NCBI GenBank assembly: GCA_030731635.1
Contig: JANQTR010000111.1
Span: 1-43,731, forward strand
Length of the DNA stretch: 43,731 nt
Reading direction: 5' to 3'
Source: Erythrobacter sp.
GTDB taxonomy: Bacteria > Pseudomonadota > Alphaproteobacteria > Sphingomonadales > Sphingomonadaceae
Part shown: positions 1-9,723 of the stretch, piece after piece
How the letters are laid out: the number at the start of each line of letters is the position of its first letter
Position numbering within the stretch: the first letter of the stretch is position 1
Notes under the pieces: model-generated
The model's database searches: none
What the model saw: the letters and a program-made list of their open reading frames with translations, nothing else
Told to the model about the DNA's origin: nothing
Program-made: the position numbers and the translations under genes

Positions 1-90
1 GCCCAGACCCCGCCCAGACCACCCGTTGACACCGGCCCGGCCCGTGCTGGCGGCGCGTTTGACAAGCTGGCGGACCTGCTCAAGCGATGA
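1..90 (+). CDS. 3' end of a truncated CDS, probably the helicase usually found upstream of S4-fdxA-carD
   Basis: Frame 1 reads [29 protein letters not shown] and overlaps the next gene by ATGA. The product is inferred from synteny only. Confidence 0.5.
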   Translation, partial: AQTPPRPPVDTGPARAGGAFDKLADLLKR

Positions 91-482
91 AGCCAGCCGG
101 AGAGACACCAGCAGTGCATGAGTCGATCAGGGTCGACCGGCTGCTGGTGTATCTCCGCTTGGCCCGCACCCGCACGGCTGCGGCAGCAATGATCGAAGCC
201 CACGCTTTGCGCCGCAATAGAAAACATGTGCTGCGCGGTGCAGAACAAGCGCATATCGGGGACATTCTGACCATCGCGCAGGGCAACAGGGTGCAGGTGA
301 TCATACTCACCGCGATCCCCACCCGGCGCGGCCCGCCTGCCCTTGCCCGTTCGCACTATCGTGAGGTTGACCAATTTCATCAGGTTGACCCGGACAGTCT
401 TGACCGTACAGGGCAAATGACCTTAGCAGCGTCGGCTCTTGTCGCGGATGATCCGTCCGACGCTTCCCAAGACCGCTTTTGA
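87..482 (+). CDS. S4-domain RNA-binding protein (Hsp15-like)
   Basis: [25 protein letters not shown]4-like motif and [12 protein letters not shown] tail; lies upstream of fdxA. Confidence 0.8.
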   Translation: MKPAGETPAVHESIRVDRLLVYLRLARTRTAAAAMIEAHALRRNRKHVLRGAEQAHIGDILTIAQGNRVQVIILTAIPTRRGPPALARSHYREVDQFHQVDPDSLDRTGQMTLAASALVADDPSDASQDRF

Positions 483-492
483 AAGAGCCGCA

Positions 493-831
493 ATGACCTA
501 CGTCGTCACCGAAGACTGCATCAAGTGCAAGTATACCGATTGCGTGGAAGTGTGCCCCGTCGATTGTTTCTACGAAGGCGAGAATATGCTGGTGATCAAT
601 CCCAGCGAATGCATCGATTGCGGCGTGTGTGAACCCGAATGCCCGGCCGAAGCGATTCTGCCTGATACTGAGGACGGCCTCGAAAAGTGGCTTGAATTGA
701 ACACGCAGTATTCAGCCCAGTGGCCCAACATCACCAGCCAGAAAGCCCCGCCCGAAGATGCCGACGCGCACAAAGGCGAAAAGGGCAAATTCGAACTCTA
801 CTTCAGCGAAGAGCCCGGCGAAGGCGACTGA
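493..831 (+). CDS. fdxA: 7Fe-type ferredoxin
   Basis: [26 protein letters not shown]...[12 protein letters not shown]; start trimmed to ATG 493. Confidence 0.95.
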   Translation: MTYVVTEDCIKCKYTDCVEVCPVDCFYEGENMLVINPSECIDCGVCEPECPAEAILPDTEDGLEKWLELNTQYSAQWPNITSQKAPPEDADAHKGEKGKFELYFSEEPGEGD

Positions 832-886
832 TTTTGCTGTAATCCTTTGCATTCGCAAAGCGGGGCAGACACGCGTAATCGCCGAC

Positions 887-915
887 TCGCAATTTTGTTG
901 CGGACGTGCTATATG
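887..915 (+). promoter_or_regulatory. putative sigma70 promoter of carD
   Basis: TCGCAA-N17-TATATG with TGC just before the -10; GACTC (CcrM site) at 884-888. Confidence 0.4.
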
Positions 916-1088
916 ATGGCTCGACCGCGCAGGGCTGAGGCCAGCGCAGGTGACGATAACCAGAAAGGCCCGACACCAGCAACCCCCTCACCGGATGATC
1001 CGCTCCCGGCGCTGAACCTCGTTAGAGGTCGGGTCGCGCTGCTGGGATGATTGTCCGCTGGCACCAAGGCCCACAGAAAGGAACTTGC

Positions 1089-1622
1089 ATGGCAAGCACC
1101 GCAAACGCATTCACCGTTGGCGATTATGTTGTCTACCCCAAGCACGGCGTTGGCCGTGTGATCGAGCTCCAGAGCGAGGAAATCGCCGGAATGCAGCTCG
1201 AACTTTATGTTCTGCGGTTCGAAAAAGAGCGGATGACGCTGCGGGTGCCGGTGGGCAAGGTCGAAGCGATCGGGATGCGCAAGCTGTCTTCGGACAAGAC
1301 CCTGAAGCAGGCGATGGAAACCTTGAAGGGCAAGCCCAAGGTCAAGCGCACCATGTGGTCGCGCCGCGCGCAGGAATATGAAGCGAAGATCAACTCGGGC
1401 GACCTGGTGTCGATTGCCGAAGTGACGCGCGATCTGTTCCGCCCCGAAGATCAGCCCGAACAAAGCTATTCGGAACGCCAGATCTTCGAAGCCGCCTCCA
1501 GCCGCCTCGCCCGCGAATTGGCGGCGATGGAAGAGACGGACGAGCCCGCAGCGCTGAACAAGATCCTCGACGTGCTGCGCGAACACGCACCGCAATATTA
1601 CGACACTGCCGAAGAAGCCTGA
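1089..1622 (+). CDS. carD: CarD/CdnL family transcription factor
   Basis: FTVGDYVVYPKHGVG...WSRRAQEYEAKINSGDL...SYSERQIFE; AAAGGA SD before ATG 1089. Confidence 0.95.
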   Translation: MASTANAFTVGDYVVYPKHGVGRVIELQSEEIAGMQLELYVLRFEKERMTLRVPVGKVEAIGMRKLSSDKTLKQAMETLKGKPKVKRTMWSRRAQEYEAKINSGDLVSIAEVTRDLFRPEDQPEQSYSERQIFEAASSRLARELAAMEETDEPAALNKILDVLREHAPQYYDTAEEA

Positions 1623-1648
1623 GGCGTTTTCCGCCATATGCGAACATC

Positions 1649-1678
1649 AAGGGCTGCCCCGCCGGGGCGGCCCTTTTT
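1649..1678 (+). terminator. Rho-independent terminator after carD
   Basis: GGGCTGCCCC-GCC-GGGGCGGCCC stem followed by TTTTT. Confidence 0.85.
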
Positions 1679-1748
1679 GTTTGGGCGCGCTGATTTATTT
1701 AGGCCCACTGGCCCATCGCAGCGAAGCAGGCTTGCACGCCCCGCCTTG

Positions 1749-1770
1749 GTGTATTATATCGGCAACACGC
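1749..1770. promoter_or_regulatory. imperfect palindromic operator overlapping a -10 box
   Basis: GTGTATTAtatcggCAACACGC resembles the palindrome at 35813-35840; TTGCAC(1732)-N17-TATATC. Confidence 0.45.
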
Positions 1771-1795
1771 CATCGTCCCAGTGGGAGAGAGACAC

Positions 1796-2590
1796 ATGAC
1801 CCAGCCAAACCGTTACCGCATCGCCCCATGGGTCGCTCTGGCACTTGCCGCCGCGCTTGCAGGCTGCGATGGCAGCGACATAGAAATCAACGGTCAGAAA
1901 GGCGTCCCGCTCGCCGAAGTCGAACTTGCCGGCCCTCCGCCGACCGACGTGGTGCTGTCTTCGGGCGACACTGTGATTCTCACCGAAGGCGATACCTTCA
2001 CGCTCAAAGTCGAAGGCGTGGATACGGACACATTGCGGTTTGTGCGCGATGACGAGGTCATCGGCATCACCCGCGAAAAGGGCTGGGACGAGGAAAGCAG
2101 CGCTGTGATCCGCATCACCATGCCCGCGCCCGAAGAAGTGGTGATCGCAGGCAGTGGCACAATCGAGGCGCAATCGCTCGCAACGACCGCCAATGTCTCG
2201 ATCGGCGGTTCGGGCTCGATCAGCTTCACCACAGTCGCGGCAGAAAAGCTGGGGATCAATATCGGCGGCAGCGGCACGGTGAAGGGCGCGGGCACGGCCA
2301 AGCGGCTGGAAGTGAACATCGGCGGCAGCGGCGATGTTGATCTCGCTGGGCTCAAGGCTGACAGCGCCGAGGTTTCCATCGGCGGGGCTGGCGATGTCGC
2401 TTTCGCTTCGGATGGTACGGTCGAAGCCAATATCGCAGGCGCAGGCGATGTGAAGGTGGCAGGCAGTGCCAAGTGCACCGTCAACGCCTTTGGCTCAGGC
2501 ACGCTGACCTGCGCGCCGGTCAGCGCCGCAGCAGCGCCTGCCGCACCGGACGCGCCATCCACCCCGATTGCGGCGAAACCCTCAGAATAG
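1796..2590 (+). CDS. head GIN-domain (DUF2807-like) lipoprotein
   Basis: Lipobox LAGC; repeated IxGSGxV/IGGAGDV beta-helix motifs; Ala/Pro-rich tail. Confidence 0.85.
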   Translation: MTQPNRYRIAPWVALALAAALAGCDGSDIEINGQKGVPLAEVELAGPPPTDVVLSSGDTVILTEGDTFTLKVEGVDTDTLRFVRDDEVIGITREKGWDEESSAVIRITMPAPEEVVIAGSGTIEAQSLATTANVSIGGSGSISFTTVAAEKLGINIGGSGTVKGAGTAKRLEVNIGGSGDVDLAGLKADSAEVSIGGAGDVAFASDGTVEANIAGAGDVKVAGSAKCTVNAFGSGTLTCAPVSAAAAPAAPDAPSTPIAAKPSE

Positions 2591-2630
2591 CATTTGCATT
2601 CGGGTAAGCGGCGGTTGAGATTATGCACCC

Positions 2631-2960
2631 ATGCGCGCGTTCCATCTTGTTGGCCTGACCCTCGCCGCCCTTGCCTTGCAGGGATGTCTGGCGCGCGCGG
2701 CGTTGGATGTCGTCACGCTGCCGGTGCGCGCGCTGAGTAAAGGCGTGGATGTCGCCACCACCAGCCAATCCGAAGCGGACGAGAACCGTGGGCGCGAAAT
2801 CCGCAAGCGCGAAGAACGGCTCGGCGAACTGACACGCGATTTCGACAAGCAGGCAGAACGCTGCGCCGATGGCAATCGCGCGGCTTGCGAGAAAGCACAG
2901 GCGATCCGCGCGGAAATGAATGCGCTGCTGCCGGGCGTCCCGGTTGAGCCTGAGGACTAA
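2631..2960 (+). CDS. small hypothetical lipoprotein
   Basis: Lipobox LQGC followed by DVVTLPVRA..KGVDVATTSQSEADENRGR. Confidence 0.7.
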   Translation: MRAFHLVGLTLAALALQGCLARAALDVVTLPVRALSKGVDVATTSQSEADENRGREIRKREERLGELTRDFDKQAERCADGNRAACEKAQAIRAEMNALLPGVPVEPED

Positions 2961-3931
2961 TCAGCCGGGGTAGCCGCCCGCCGCAGCCGGTCATTGATCG
3001 CGCGGCCCACATCATGCTGCGGCACCGGAGCAACCGCAATGCGCGGCTGCGGGGCCAGCGCGGCCTGGTGCAGGCAGGCATAAAGGCGCGTGGCCGCCTC
3101 CCGCACATCACCGCCCAATGACAAGGTGCAATCGCCCCCAACATCGCCAAACCCGATCCAGAATTCATCAGGCTCGGCATGGGCCGCATCCAGCCGCACC
3201 GGCTTGCCCGGGGCATAGTGGCTGGCAATCTGGCCCGGAGCCTCAATCCGCACTTCGCTGGTCGCGCCTTCCTGCGCAGCGGGCAGCCCGCGATCGAAAT
3301 GGCGGCGGTGCAAGGTATCGCTGTTGATCGGGCCGGGGCGCAATTCGCGCCAATTGCCATCGCGATCAATCGCCAGGATTGTCGATTCCACCCCAGCGGT
3401 GGTCGGCCCGGCATCAAGCACCAGATCAATCCGCCCATCAAGCGAGGCCAGCACGTGCTGCGCTGTCGTGGGGCTGATAAATCCGCTGCGATTGGCAGAC
3501 GGCGCGGCCAGCGGAAAGTCCACCGCCTTCAGCAGCGCCCGCATCACCGGGTGCGAAGGGGCGCGCAAGGCGACGGTCGGCAGGCCGGCTGTCACAGCCT
3601 CAGCCAGAACCGCATCGTCCCGTTTCGGCAGCACCAGCGTGAGCGGGCCGGGCCAGTGGAGCATTGCAGCGAAGTCAGCGCCGGAGAGCCATTCGGCATA
3701 ACGTTTCGCCTGATTTTCATCCAGCACGTGCACGATCAGCGGATTGAAATCGGGCCGGCCTTTTGCTGTGTAAATCCGGGCCACCGCCTCGGCACTATCC
3801 GCCCGCGCGGCAAGGCCGTAAACCGTCTCGGTCGGCACCGCGACAAGTCCGCCCGATTCGAGGATCTGCGCCGCCCGGGCGATCCCTGCGGCGTCTGCCT
3901 GCACCAGTTCCGTAACGTTCTTGCCGCTCAT
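2957..3931 (-). CDS. tsaC: L-threonylcarbamoyladenylate synthase (Sua5 type)
   Basis: VAVPTETVYGLA, KGRP.FNPLIVH, APSANRSG, PGQIASHYAP. Confidence 0.95.
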   Translation of the reverse strand: MSGKNVTELVQADAAGIARAAQILESGGLVAVPTETVYGLAARADSAEAVARIYTAKGRPDFNPLIVHVLDENQAKRYAEWLSGADFAAMLHWPGPLTLVLPKRDDAVLAEAVTAGLPTVALRAPSHPVMRALLKAVDFPLAAPSANRSGFISPTTAQHVLASLDGRIDLVLDAGPTTAGVESTILAIDRDGNWRELRPGPINSDTLHRRHFDRGLPAAQEGATSEVRIEAPGQIASHYAPGKPVRLDAAHAEPDEFWIGFGDVGGDCTLSLGGDVREAATRLYACLHQAALAPQPRIAVAPVPQHDVGRAINDRLRRAATPAD

Positions 3932-4017
3932 GCCCCGGCGCTATATTCAATCCCCCGCCCTGCCAAGAGCGCGAGGCCTTTTCCAGACGCAAGCCCACCC
4001 GAAGGACGCCCCCCAAA

Positions 4018-5760
4018 GTGACCCCCTATACCCCGCCGACCGCCGACCAATTGCTCGCCATCCGCGTCAATGCCGGGATCGAAGAGCTGGCCCAAACCGA
4101 ACGCTTCGCCCATGCCGAAGCTGATCTGGTCGAAGCCATCGTCGAAGGCGTAGGTGCCTTTGCCGCCGGTGAATTCGCCCCGCTGAACCGCATCGGCGAT
4201 ACCGAAGGCGCACGGCTGGAAAACGGCGTGGTGCGCCTGCCCGACGGGTTCAAAGCGGCTTACGACGCCTATGTCGAACAGGGTTGGAACGCGATTGCCA
4301 GCCCCATCGCCCATGGCGGTCAGGGCCTGCCGTTCACCCTGTCGTGCAACGTGCTGGAAAACCTTGGTGCGGCGAACATGGCGTTCAATCTGCTGCCGAT
4401 GCTGTCAGTCGGCGCGATTGAGGCGCTGGAACATCACGGGAGCAAGGATCAGCAGGCGAAATACCTCCCCAACCTGGTCAGCGGCAAATGGTCGGGCACG
4501 ATGAACCTGACCGAACCTGCCGCGGGCAGCGATGTTGGCGCGCTGCGTTCCACCGCGGCGCCGATCACGGACGGGCCGCACGCGGGCAAATACCGGATCA
4601 CTGGACAGAAGATCTACATCACCTGGGGCGAACATGATCTGTCGGACAATATCATTCACCTCGTGCTCGCGCGCCTGCCCGACGCGCCCGAAGGCACGCG
4701 CGGAATCTCCTTGTTTCTGGTGCCGAAATATCATGTGAACGACGACGGCTCGCTCGGACCGAAGAACGATCTCCAATGCGTCAGCCTTGAACACAAGCTT
4801 GGCATCAATGCCTCGCCCACCTGCGTGATGAGCTACGGGGACAATGGGACATGTATTGGTGAGCTGGTCGGGCACGAAAACAAAGGCCTCGCCGCGATGT
4901 TCACGATGATGAACAATGCGCGGATCAATGTCGGCAATCAGGGCAACCAGATCGCCGAACGCGCGACCCAGCAGGCGATGGCCTATGCCACAGGCCGGGT
5001 GCAATCGGCGCGCGCCGGTTCGCCCGACAAATCCCCAGTGGCGATTATCGAACACCCCGACGTGCGCCGGATGCTGCTGCGGATGAAGGCCCTGACCGAA
5101 GGCTGCCGCGCGCTGCTGTATTACTGCGCGGGGCAGGTCGATCGCGGCAATCTAGGCGATGAATTGGCCAAAAACCGCGCCGACATCATCGTCCCGCTGT
5201 TGAAGGCGTGGGGCACCGATATTGGGGTGGAAGTCGCCGGGCTCGGCATCCAGATTCACGGCGGGATGGGCTTTGTCGAGGAAACCGGCGCGGCGCAGCA
5301 TTGGCGCGATTCGCGGATTGCCCCGATTTACGAAGGCACCAACGGCATTCAGGCCGCTGACCTTGTCACCCGCAAGCTTGGGATCGAAGGCGGCGCGGCA
5401 ATGATCGCGCTGTTCGATACCATCGCCCGCGAAGCCGCTGGCGAACCGACCCTCGCCGCGCTCGCGCAGGATTGCAGCGCCATCGCCCAGTGGATGCGCG
5501 ACGAAGCCAGCCTTGATGATCGCCTTGCGGGCAGCGTGCCGTTCTGCACCATGGCGGCGGTGGCCGTCGCAGGGTGGCAGTTGATGAAGCAGGCGCAGGC
5601 GGTTGCGGCCGGGGCTGCGCCTTCACTCAACGCGACCAAGCCTGTGACGGTGCGGTTCTTCCTCGACCGGATCGTGCCCGAAGCCGCCGGATTGCGCGCC
5701 GGGGCAATTGCAGGTGCAGACCTGCTCTACGCGCTGCCCGCCGAAGCACTGGCGAGCTGA
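4018..5760 (+). CDS. acyl-CoA dehydrogenase (long, DmdC-like type)
   Basis: GTMNLTEPAAGSDVG, GQKIYIT, EHKLGINASPT, QIHGGMGFVEE, PIYEGTNGIQA. Confidence 0.92.
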   Translation: MTPYTPPTADQLLAIRVNAGIEELAQTERFAHAEADLVEAIVEGVGAFAAGEFAPLNRIGDTEGARLENGVVRLPDGFKAAYDAYVEQGWNAIASPIAHGGQGLPFTLSCNVLENLGAANMAFNLLPMLSVGAIEALEHHGSKDQQAKYLPNLVSGKWSGTMNLTEPAAGSDVGALRSTAAPITDGPHAGKYRITGQKIYITWGEHDLSDNIIHLVLARLPDAPEGTRGISLFLVPKYHVNDDGSLGPKNDLQCVSLEHKLGINASPTCVMSYGDNGTCIGELVGHENKGLAAMFTMMNNARINVGNQGNQIAERATQQAMAYATGRVQSARAGSPDKSPVAIIEHPDVRRMLLRMKALTEGCRALLYYCAGQVDRGNLGDELAKNRADIIVPLLKAWGTDIGVEVAGLGIQIHGGMGFVEETGAAQHWRDSRIAPIYEGTNGIQAADLVTRKLGIEGGAAMIALFDTIAREAAGEPTLAALAQDCSAIAQWMRDEASLDDRLAGSVPFCTMAAVAVAGWQLMKQAQAVAAGAAPSLNATKPVTVRFFLDRIVPEAAGLRAGAIAGADLLYALPAEALAS

Positions 5761-5761
5761 G

Positions 5762-6598
5762 ATGCCAAAAACGGGCGGCGCAGACGGGGGCGACGTCTGG
5801 GAGCGGATCGCCGCTGCGCTCGAACGGCTTGCGCCTGCGCCGCCGCCGCCGACCGATTGGCTCACCGCGCCTGCCTATGTGTGGGGTGGGGCAGAGGCCC
5901 GCGCGGTGGCGGCGCTGGATGCGCTGCCGCTTACCCAGCTGCACGGTATCGACGCGCAAAAGGCAGCGCTGCGAGGCAATTGTGCACGGCTGGCAGAGCG
6001 TGCGGCGGCGCATGATGTGCTGATGTGGGGCGCGCGCGGGATGGGCAAATCAGCGTTGGTGCGCGCAGCAGTCGCCGATGTGCAGGCGGAGAATGCGGGC
6101 GCGCTGGCGCTGGTACAGCTCGCCCCCGGCAGCCTGCCGACCTTCCCCGCGCTGATTGCGCAGTTGACCCCGCAACCCCGCGCGTTTCTGTTGTTTATCG
6201 ACGATCTTGGCTTTGGCGCGGATGGGCGGGCGGAAATGCTGGCCTTGCGCAGCCTGCTCGATGGCGGTGTCGCCCCGCGCCCGGCCCACATCCGCCTTGC
6301 CGTGACCGCCAACCGCCGCGCGATCATCGAGCGTGAAGACACCAGCACCGCGCTGCACGAACGTGATGAGCGTGACGATGCGCTGGCGCTGGCGGACCGG
6401 TTTGGGATGACACTGGGGTTCCACCCGGCGGACAAGGATACCTATCTTGCCATCCTGGCCGGCTATACCGCGCCGCTTGGTCTCAGCTTCGACCCGCAAG
6501 AAGCGCTGGCCTTTGCGATCCAGCGCGGCAACCGTTCGGGCCGCACCGCGCTGCAATTCGCGACCGAGTTGGCGGGGCGCGCGGGAATCAGCCTTTAA
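5762..6598 (+). CDS. DUF815-family AAA+ ATPase
   Basis: Walker A WGARGMGKS, Walker B LLFIDDL, ALADRFG, RSGRTALQF. Confidence 0.85.
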   Translation: MPKTGGADGGDVWERIAAALERLAPAPPPPTDWLTAPAYVWGGAEARAVAALDALPLTQLHGIDAQKAALRGNCARLAERAAAHDVLMWGARGMGKSALVRAAVADVQAENAGALALVQLAPGSLPTFPALIAQLTPQPRAFLLFIDDLGFGADGRAEMLALRSLLDGGVAPRPAHIRLAVTANRRAIIEREDTSTALHERDERDDALALADRFGMTLGFHPADKDTYLAILAGYTAPLGLSFDPQEALAFAIQRGNRSGRTALQFATELAGRAGISL

Positions 6599-8073
6599 TT
6601 GATTTGCTGCCCTTCCTGCTTGCGCAGGAAATCTTCCTCAAACGCGGCGCGCGGGTCTTTCAGCTGGCGGGCGGGCATACGTTCGCTTTGCAGCCGCGCA
6701 ATTGCGGGCGCAGGCGCGGCATCGGGGGCGCGCACCCGCCAGATGATCCCAGCGGTGTCATCTGACACCAGCAGCGCGCCATCGCCGGCCCATTCGACCC
6801 AGGTCGGCCGCCCGCGGGTGGTGCCATCGGCTTTCAGGAACCCGGTCAGCACCGGGACCGGCTTGCCCACCGGGTTGCCCAGGGCATCGAACCCGACATA
6901 GACCACATCATAGCCCGACGCCGGCTTGCGGTTCCACGATCCATGCCGCGCGATAAAGGCCCCGCTGGCGAATTTATCGCCCATCACATTGCCCTGTTTG
7001 CTGAACACCATCCCCAACGCGGCAACATGTGGGCCGAGCGCGAATTCCGGGTTGCGGACATATTCCATCAGAAAGCGCGGCATCGGCGCTTCGACCCGGC
7101 GGTCGCGGTTGGTTTTGTAATAGACCCACGGCCAGCCATACTGCGCGCCCACCGGAACATTGGTGAGGTAATCAGGCACGAGGTCTGACCCAAGCATGTC
7201 GCGTTCGTTCACCGTGGTCCACAGCTCGCCGGTCCAGGGGCTGAAATCCAGCCCGTTGGGGTTGCGCAATCCGACCGCGAAGGGGCGCTGGCGTCCTTTG
7301 GCGAAATCATATTGCCAGATCATCGCCCGGCCTTCTTCGACCTTCATGCCAGCTTCGCCGATATTGCTGACCGATCCGACCGCGACATAAAGGCTCTGCC
7401 CATCAGGCGCGATTTCAAGGTTGCGCATCCAGTGGCCGCCACCGCCGGGCAGATCCATCAGTTTGCGCGGGGCGCCGGTGACTTTGTCGCTGCCAAGTTC
7501 ATAGGGGAAGGCCAGCACGGCATTGTGGTTGGCAACATAAAGCGTGCCATCCTTCCAGCTCAGACCCGAAGGCGAATCGAGCCCGTCTTCAAGGATCACC
7601 TGCTTCGTTTCGGCGGTGCCATTGCCGTCAACATCGCGCAGCAACACGATCCGGTTGGGCGATTCGCCCGCTGATCCGGCCTTGGCGAACAGGATGCCTT
7701 CGATCCAACCCTGAACGGTGGCCATGATGCCGCCGCCTTTGTCCTGTTTTGCCGGTGCACGGGTGAGCGATACCAGCACATCACCATTGGGCAGCGCATA
7801 GAGCGTGCGCGGATGCTCCAGCCCTTCGGCAAAGCGCACCACGTCCAACCCGGAGGCCGGGATTGGCGCTTCGTCCGCCTGCCAGCCCACCGGTTCGGCA
7901 ATCTGCACCGTCGGGAAGCTTTGCGGGTCACCTTCCTGCAGCACCGGATCGGTGCCCGCGACCTCGTCAATCGACAGGTCGGCGGTGTCCCCCCGGCTGA
8001 GGAACCAGAACGTCCCCCCGGCGAGCACGATAATGATCCCAAGGGTGATTGCGATTTTGCGGATAATGGCCAT
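6595..8073 (-). CDS. membrane-anchored sorbosone dehydrogenase family (beta-propeller) oxidoreductase
   Basis: N-terminal TM; GLEHPR, LYVAVGSVSN, GLRNPNG, NERDMLGSDLVPDY, HGSWNR. Confidence 0.88.
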   Translation of the reverse strand: MAIIRKIAITLGIIIVLAGGTFWFLSRGDTADLSIDEVAGTDPVLQEGDPQSFPTVQIAEPVGWQADEAPIPASGLDVVRFAEGLEHPRTLYALPNGDVLVSLTRAPAKQDKGGGIMATVQGWIEGILFAKAGSAGESPNRIVLLRDVDGNGTAETKQVILEDGLDSPSGLSWKDGTLYVANHNAVLAFPYELGSDKVTGAPRKLMDLPGGGGHWMRNLEIAPDGQSLYVAVGSVSNIGEAGMKVEEGRAMIWQYDFAKGRQRPFAVGLRNPNGLDFSPWTGELWTTVNERDMLGSDLVPDYLTNVPVGAQYGWPWVYYKTNRDRRVEAPMPRFLMEYVRNPEFALGPHVAALGMVFSKQGNVMGDKFASGAFIARHGSWNRKPASGYDVVYVGFDALGNPVGKPVPVLTGFLKADGTTRGRPTWVEWAGDGALLVSDDTAGIIWRVRAPDAAPAPAIARLQSERMPARQLKDPRAAFEEDFLRKQEGQQIN

Positions 8074-8150
8074 GTGGCGTGAGATAGAGCCGCGAAGCGC
8101 AACCGGCAACTGGCAAGCGGCGAATGGCCCAATGAAAGGCGATCCTTCCG

Positions 8151-8651
8151 ATGTATGACTTCAAGCCGGGTGAGAGCCAGGACGTGGCCGAACTCTACCG
8201 CGAACTGCTAGGGGCCGCCGACGCGCTGACCGCAGATGAACCCGACAGCGTTGCCAACATGGCCAATGTCGCAGCGCTGTTGTGGGAATTCCTGCCCGAT
8301 TTGAACTGGGCCGGGTTCTACAGGGTGGCTCCAGCCAAGCGCAGCCCTGCCCTTGAGCTGGTCTTGGGCCCGTTTGTCGGCCGCCCGGCCTGCATTCGCA
8401 TCCCGTTTGGTACAGGCGTCTGCGGCACGGCCGCGCAAAGCGGCGCGACTCAGCTGGTCGAGGATGTCCACGCCTTCCCGGGCCACATTGCCTGTGATGC
8501 GGCGAGCCAATCCGAACTGGTGGTGCCAGTGACGCGCGATGGCCGGGTGATCGCGGTGATCGACCTCGACAGTCCCCACCCAGCGCGCTTCACCCAAGCC
8601 GACGCGCAAGGCGTCGAAGCGCTTGCGGCGCTGCTTTCCGCCCGGATTTGA
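8151..8651 (+). CDS. msrC: GAF-domain free methionine-(R)-sulfoxide reductase
   Basis: LNWAGFY, GPFVGRPAC.RI..GTGVCG, HIACDAASQSELVVP, DLDS. Confidence 0.85.
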   Translation: MYDFKPGESQDVAELYRELLGAADALTADEPDSVANMANVAALLWEFLPDLNWAGFYRVAPAKRSPALELVLGPFVGRPACIRIPFGTGVCGTAAQSGATQLVEDVHAFPGHIACDAASQSELVVPVTRDGRVIAVIDLDSPHPARFTQADAQGVEALAALLSARI

Positions 8652-8780
8652 TCACTTTGCGCCGCTAATCGGCCCGAAACGGGACAGCCTCCACAGCTTT
8701 GCTTGGGCGACCGGGGGTGGCCGTGATAACCCCATGGTAACCATCCGCCGATCTTCGGCGGCCTCAAGGGGGATAATTTC

Positions 8781-9674
8781 ATGCGCCTGCCGCTCCGCAC
8801 TGCTCTTCGTTTTGGCGTAATCCTGCCCGCGATTGCCCTGCCCGCCATGGCTGGCGCGCAGAATTATGCCGATCTGCCGCCCTTGGCCCCGATCAGTGAG
8901 GCCGAAGTGCGCAGCCTGCCGCCCGAATATCGCACCGGCCCGGTGACTGCAGTGGCAGAAGAGACTGTGACCACCGTCAACGGGGTTGAAACTATCACCC
9001 GCACCCGCCGGATCGACGTGCCCCGCGGCCATCCGGTGGCGCAGGCCGCACCGCAAGGCTATCCGCATCAAGGTTACCCTCAGCAAGCCTATTACCCCCA
9101 GCAAGTTGTCTACCCCGCAGCGCCGGTGGTGTTCGAGCGGGAGCAATGGCTCGACGAATGCCGCCGCCGCACCGCGGGGCGGAACAATAATGATACCGGG
9201 CTGATCATCGGTGGATTGCTGGGCGCGATTGCGGGCGGGGTTGCCGGTTACGAGATCGCCGGCGCCGGTGACCGGGTGCTCGGCACCGCGCTGGGCGTGG
9301 GCGGCGGCGGGTTGATTGGGGGCTTGCTTGGCAGCCTGTTTGGCGGCGGCAAGAAAAAGAACCGCTACGACTGCGAAGCGGCGCTTGATGGCTATCTGAC
9401 GCAATATGGCGCACCGGGCGGACACATCGCCAGCCGCGAAATCGCCTACCCGGGCGCGCCTGCCTATGGCTATGGCTACCCGGCGACCTACAGCTATGCC
9501 TATGCCCCGCCGCCGCAAGTGGTGCTGGTTCCGGTGCGCACCGAAGTGCAGCAGCAGGTGGTGGTGCGCGAGACGGAACGGTTTGAAACCTACACCGTCC
9601 CCGGTGCCGTGCGCGAGATCCCGGCGCGGCCAGCTCCGCGTCCCTCACCCAAACTGATCAAGAGCGACCGGTAA
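8781..9674 (+). CDS. secreted glycine-zipper protein with Gln/Tyr/Pro-rich segments
   Basis: Signal peptide (PAMAGA); GLIIGGLLGAIAGGVAG...GGGGLIGGLLG; two Cys flank the zipper. Confidence 0.7.
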   Translation: MRLPLRTALRFGVILPAIALPAMAGAQNYADLPPLAPISEAEVRSLPPEYRTGPVTAVAEETVTTVNGVETITRTRRIDVPRGHPVAQAAPQGYPHQGYPQQAYYPQQVVYPAAPVVFEREQWLDECRRRTAGRNNNDTGLIIGGLLGAIAGGVAGYEIAGAGDRVLGTALGVGGGGLIGGLLGSLFGGGKKKNRYDCEAALDGYLTQYGAPGGHIASREIAYPGAPAYGYGYPATYSYAYAPPPQVVLVPVRTEVQQQVVVRETERFETYTVPGAVREIPARPAPRPSPKLIKSDR

Positions 9675-9688
9675 CCACCGCCGCCACG

Positions 9689-9715
9689 GCAGGAGTCGCG
9701 CCGCGCGACTCCTGC
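9689..9715. terminator. 12-bp GC-rich hairpin between convergent genes
   Basis: GCAGGAGTCGCG-CCG-CGCGACTCCTGC; no U-tract. Confidence 0.5.
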
Positions 9716-9723
9716 AGCGGGGT

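Noticed and set aside
363-405. AGGTTGACC repeated at 18-nt spacing in the S4 gene, and GCCCAGACC twice at 1-20
   Set aside because: These are short local duplications in low-complexity protein tails with no evidence of function.
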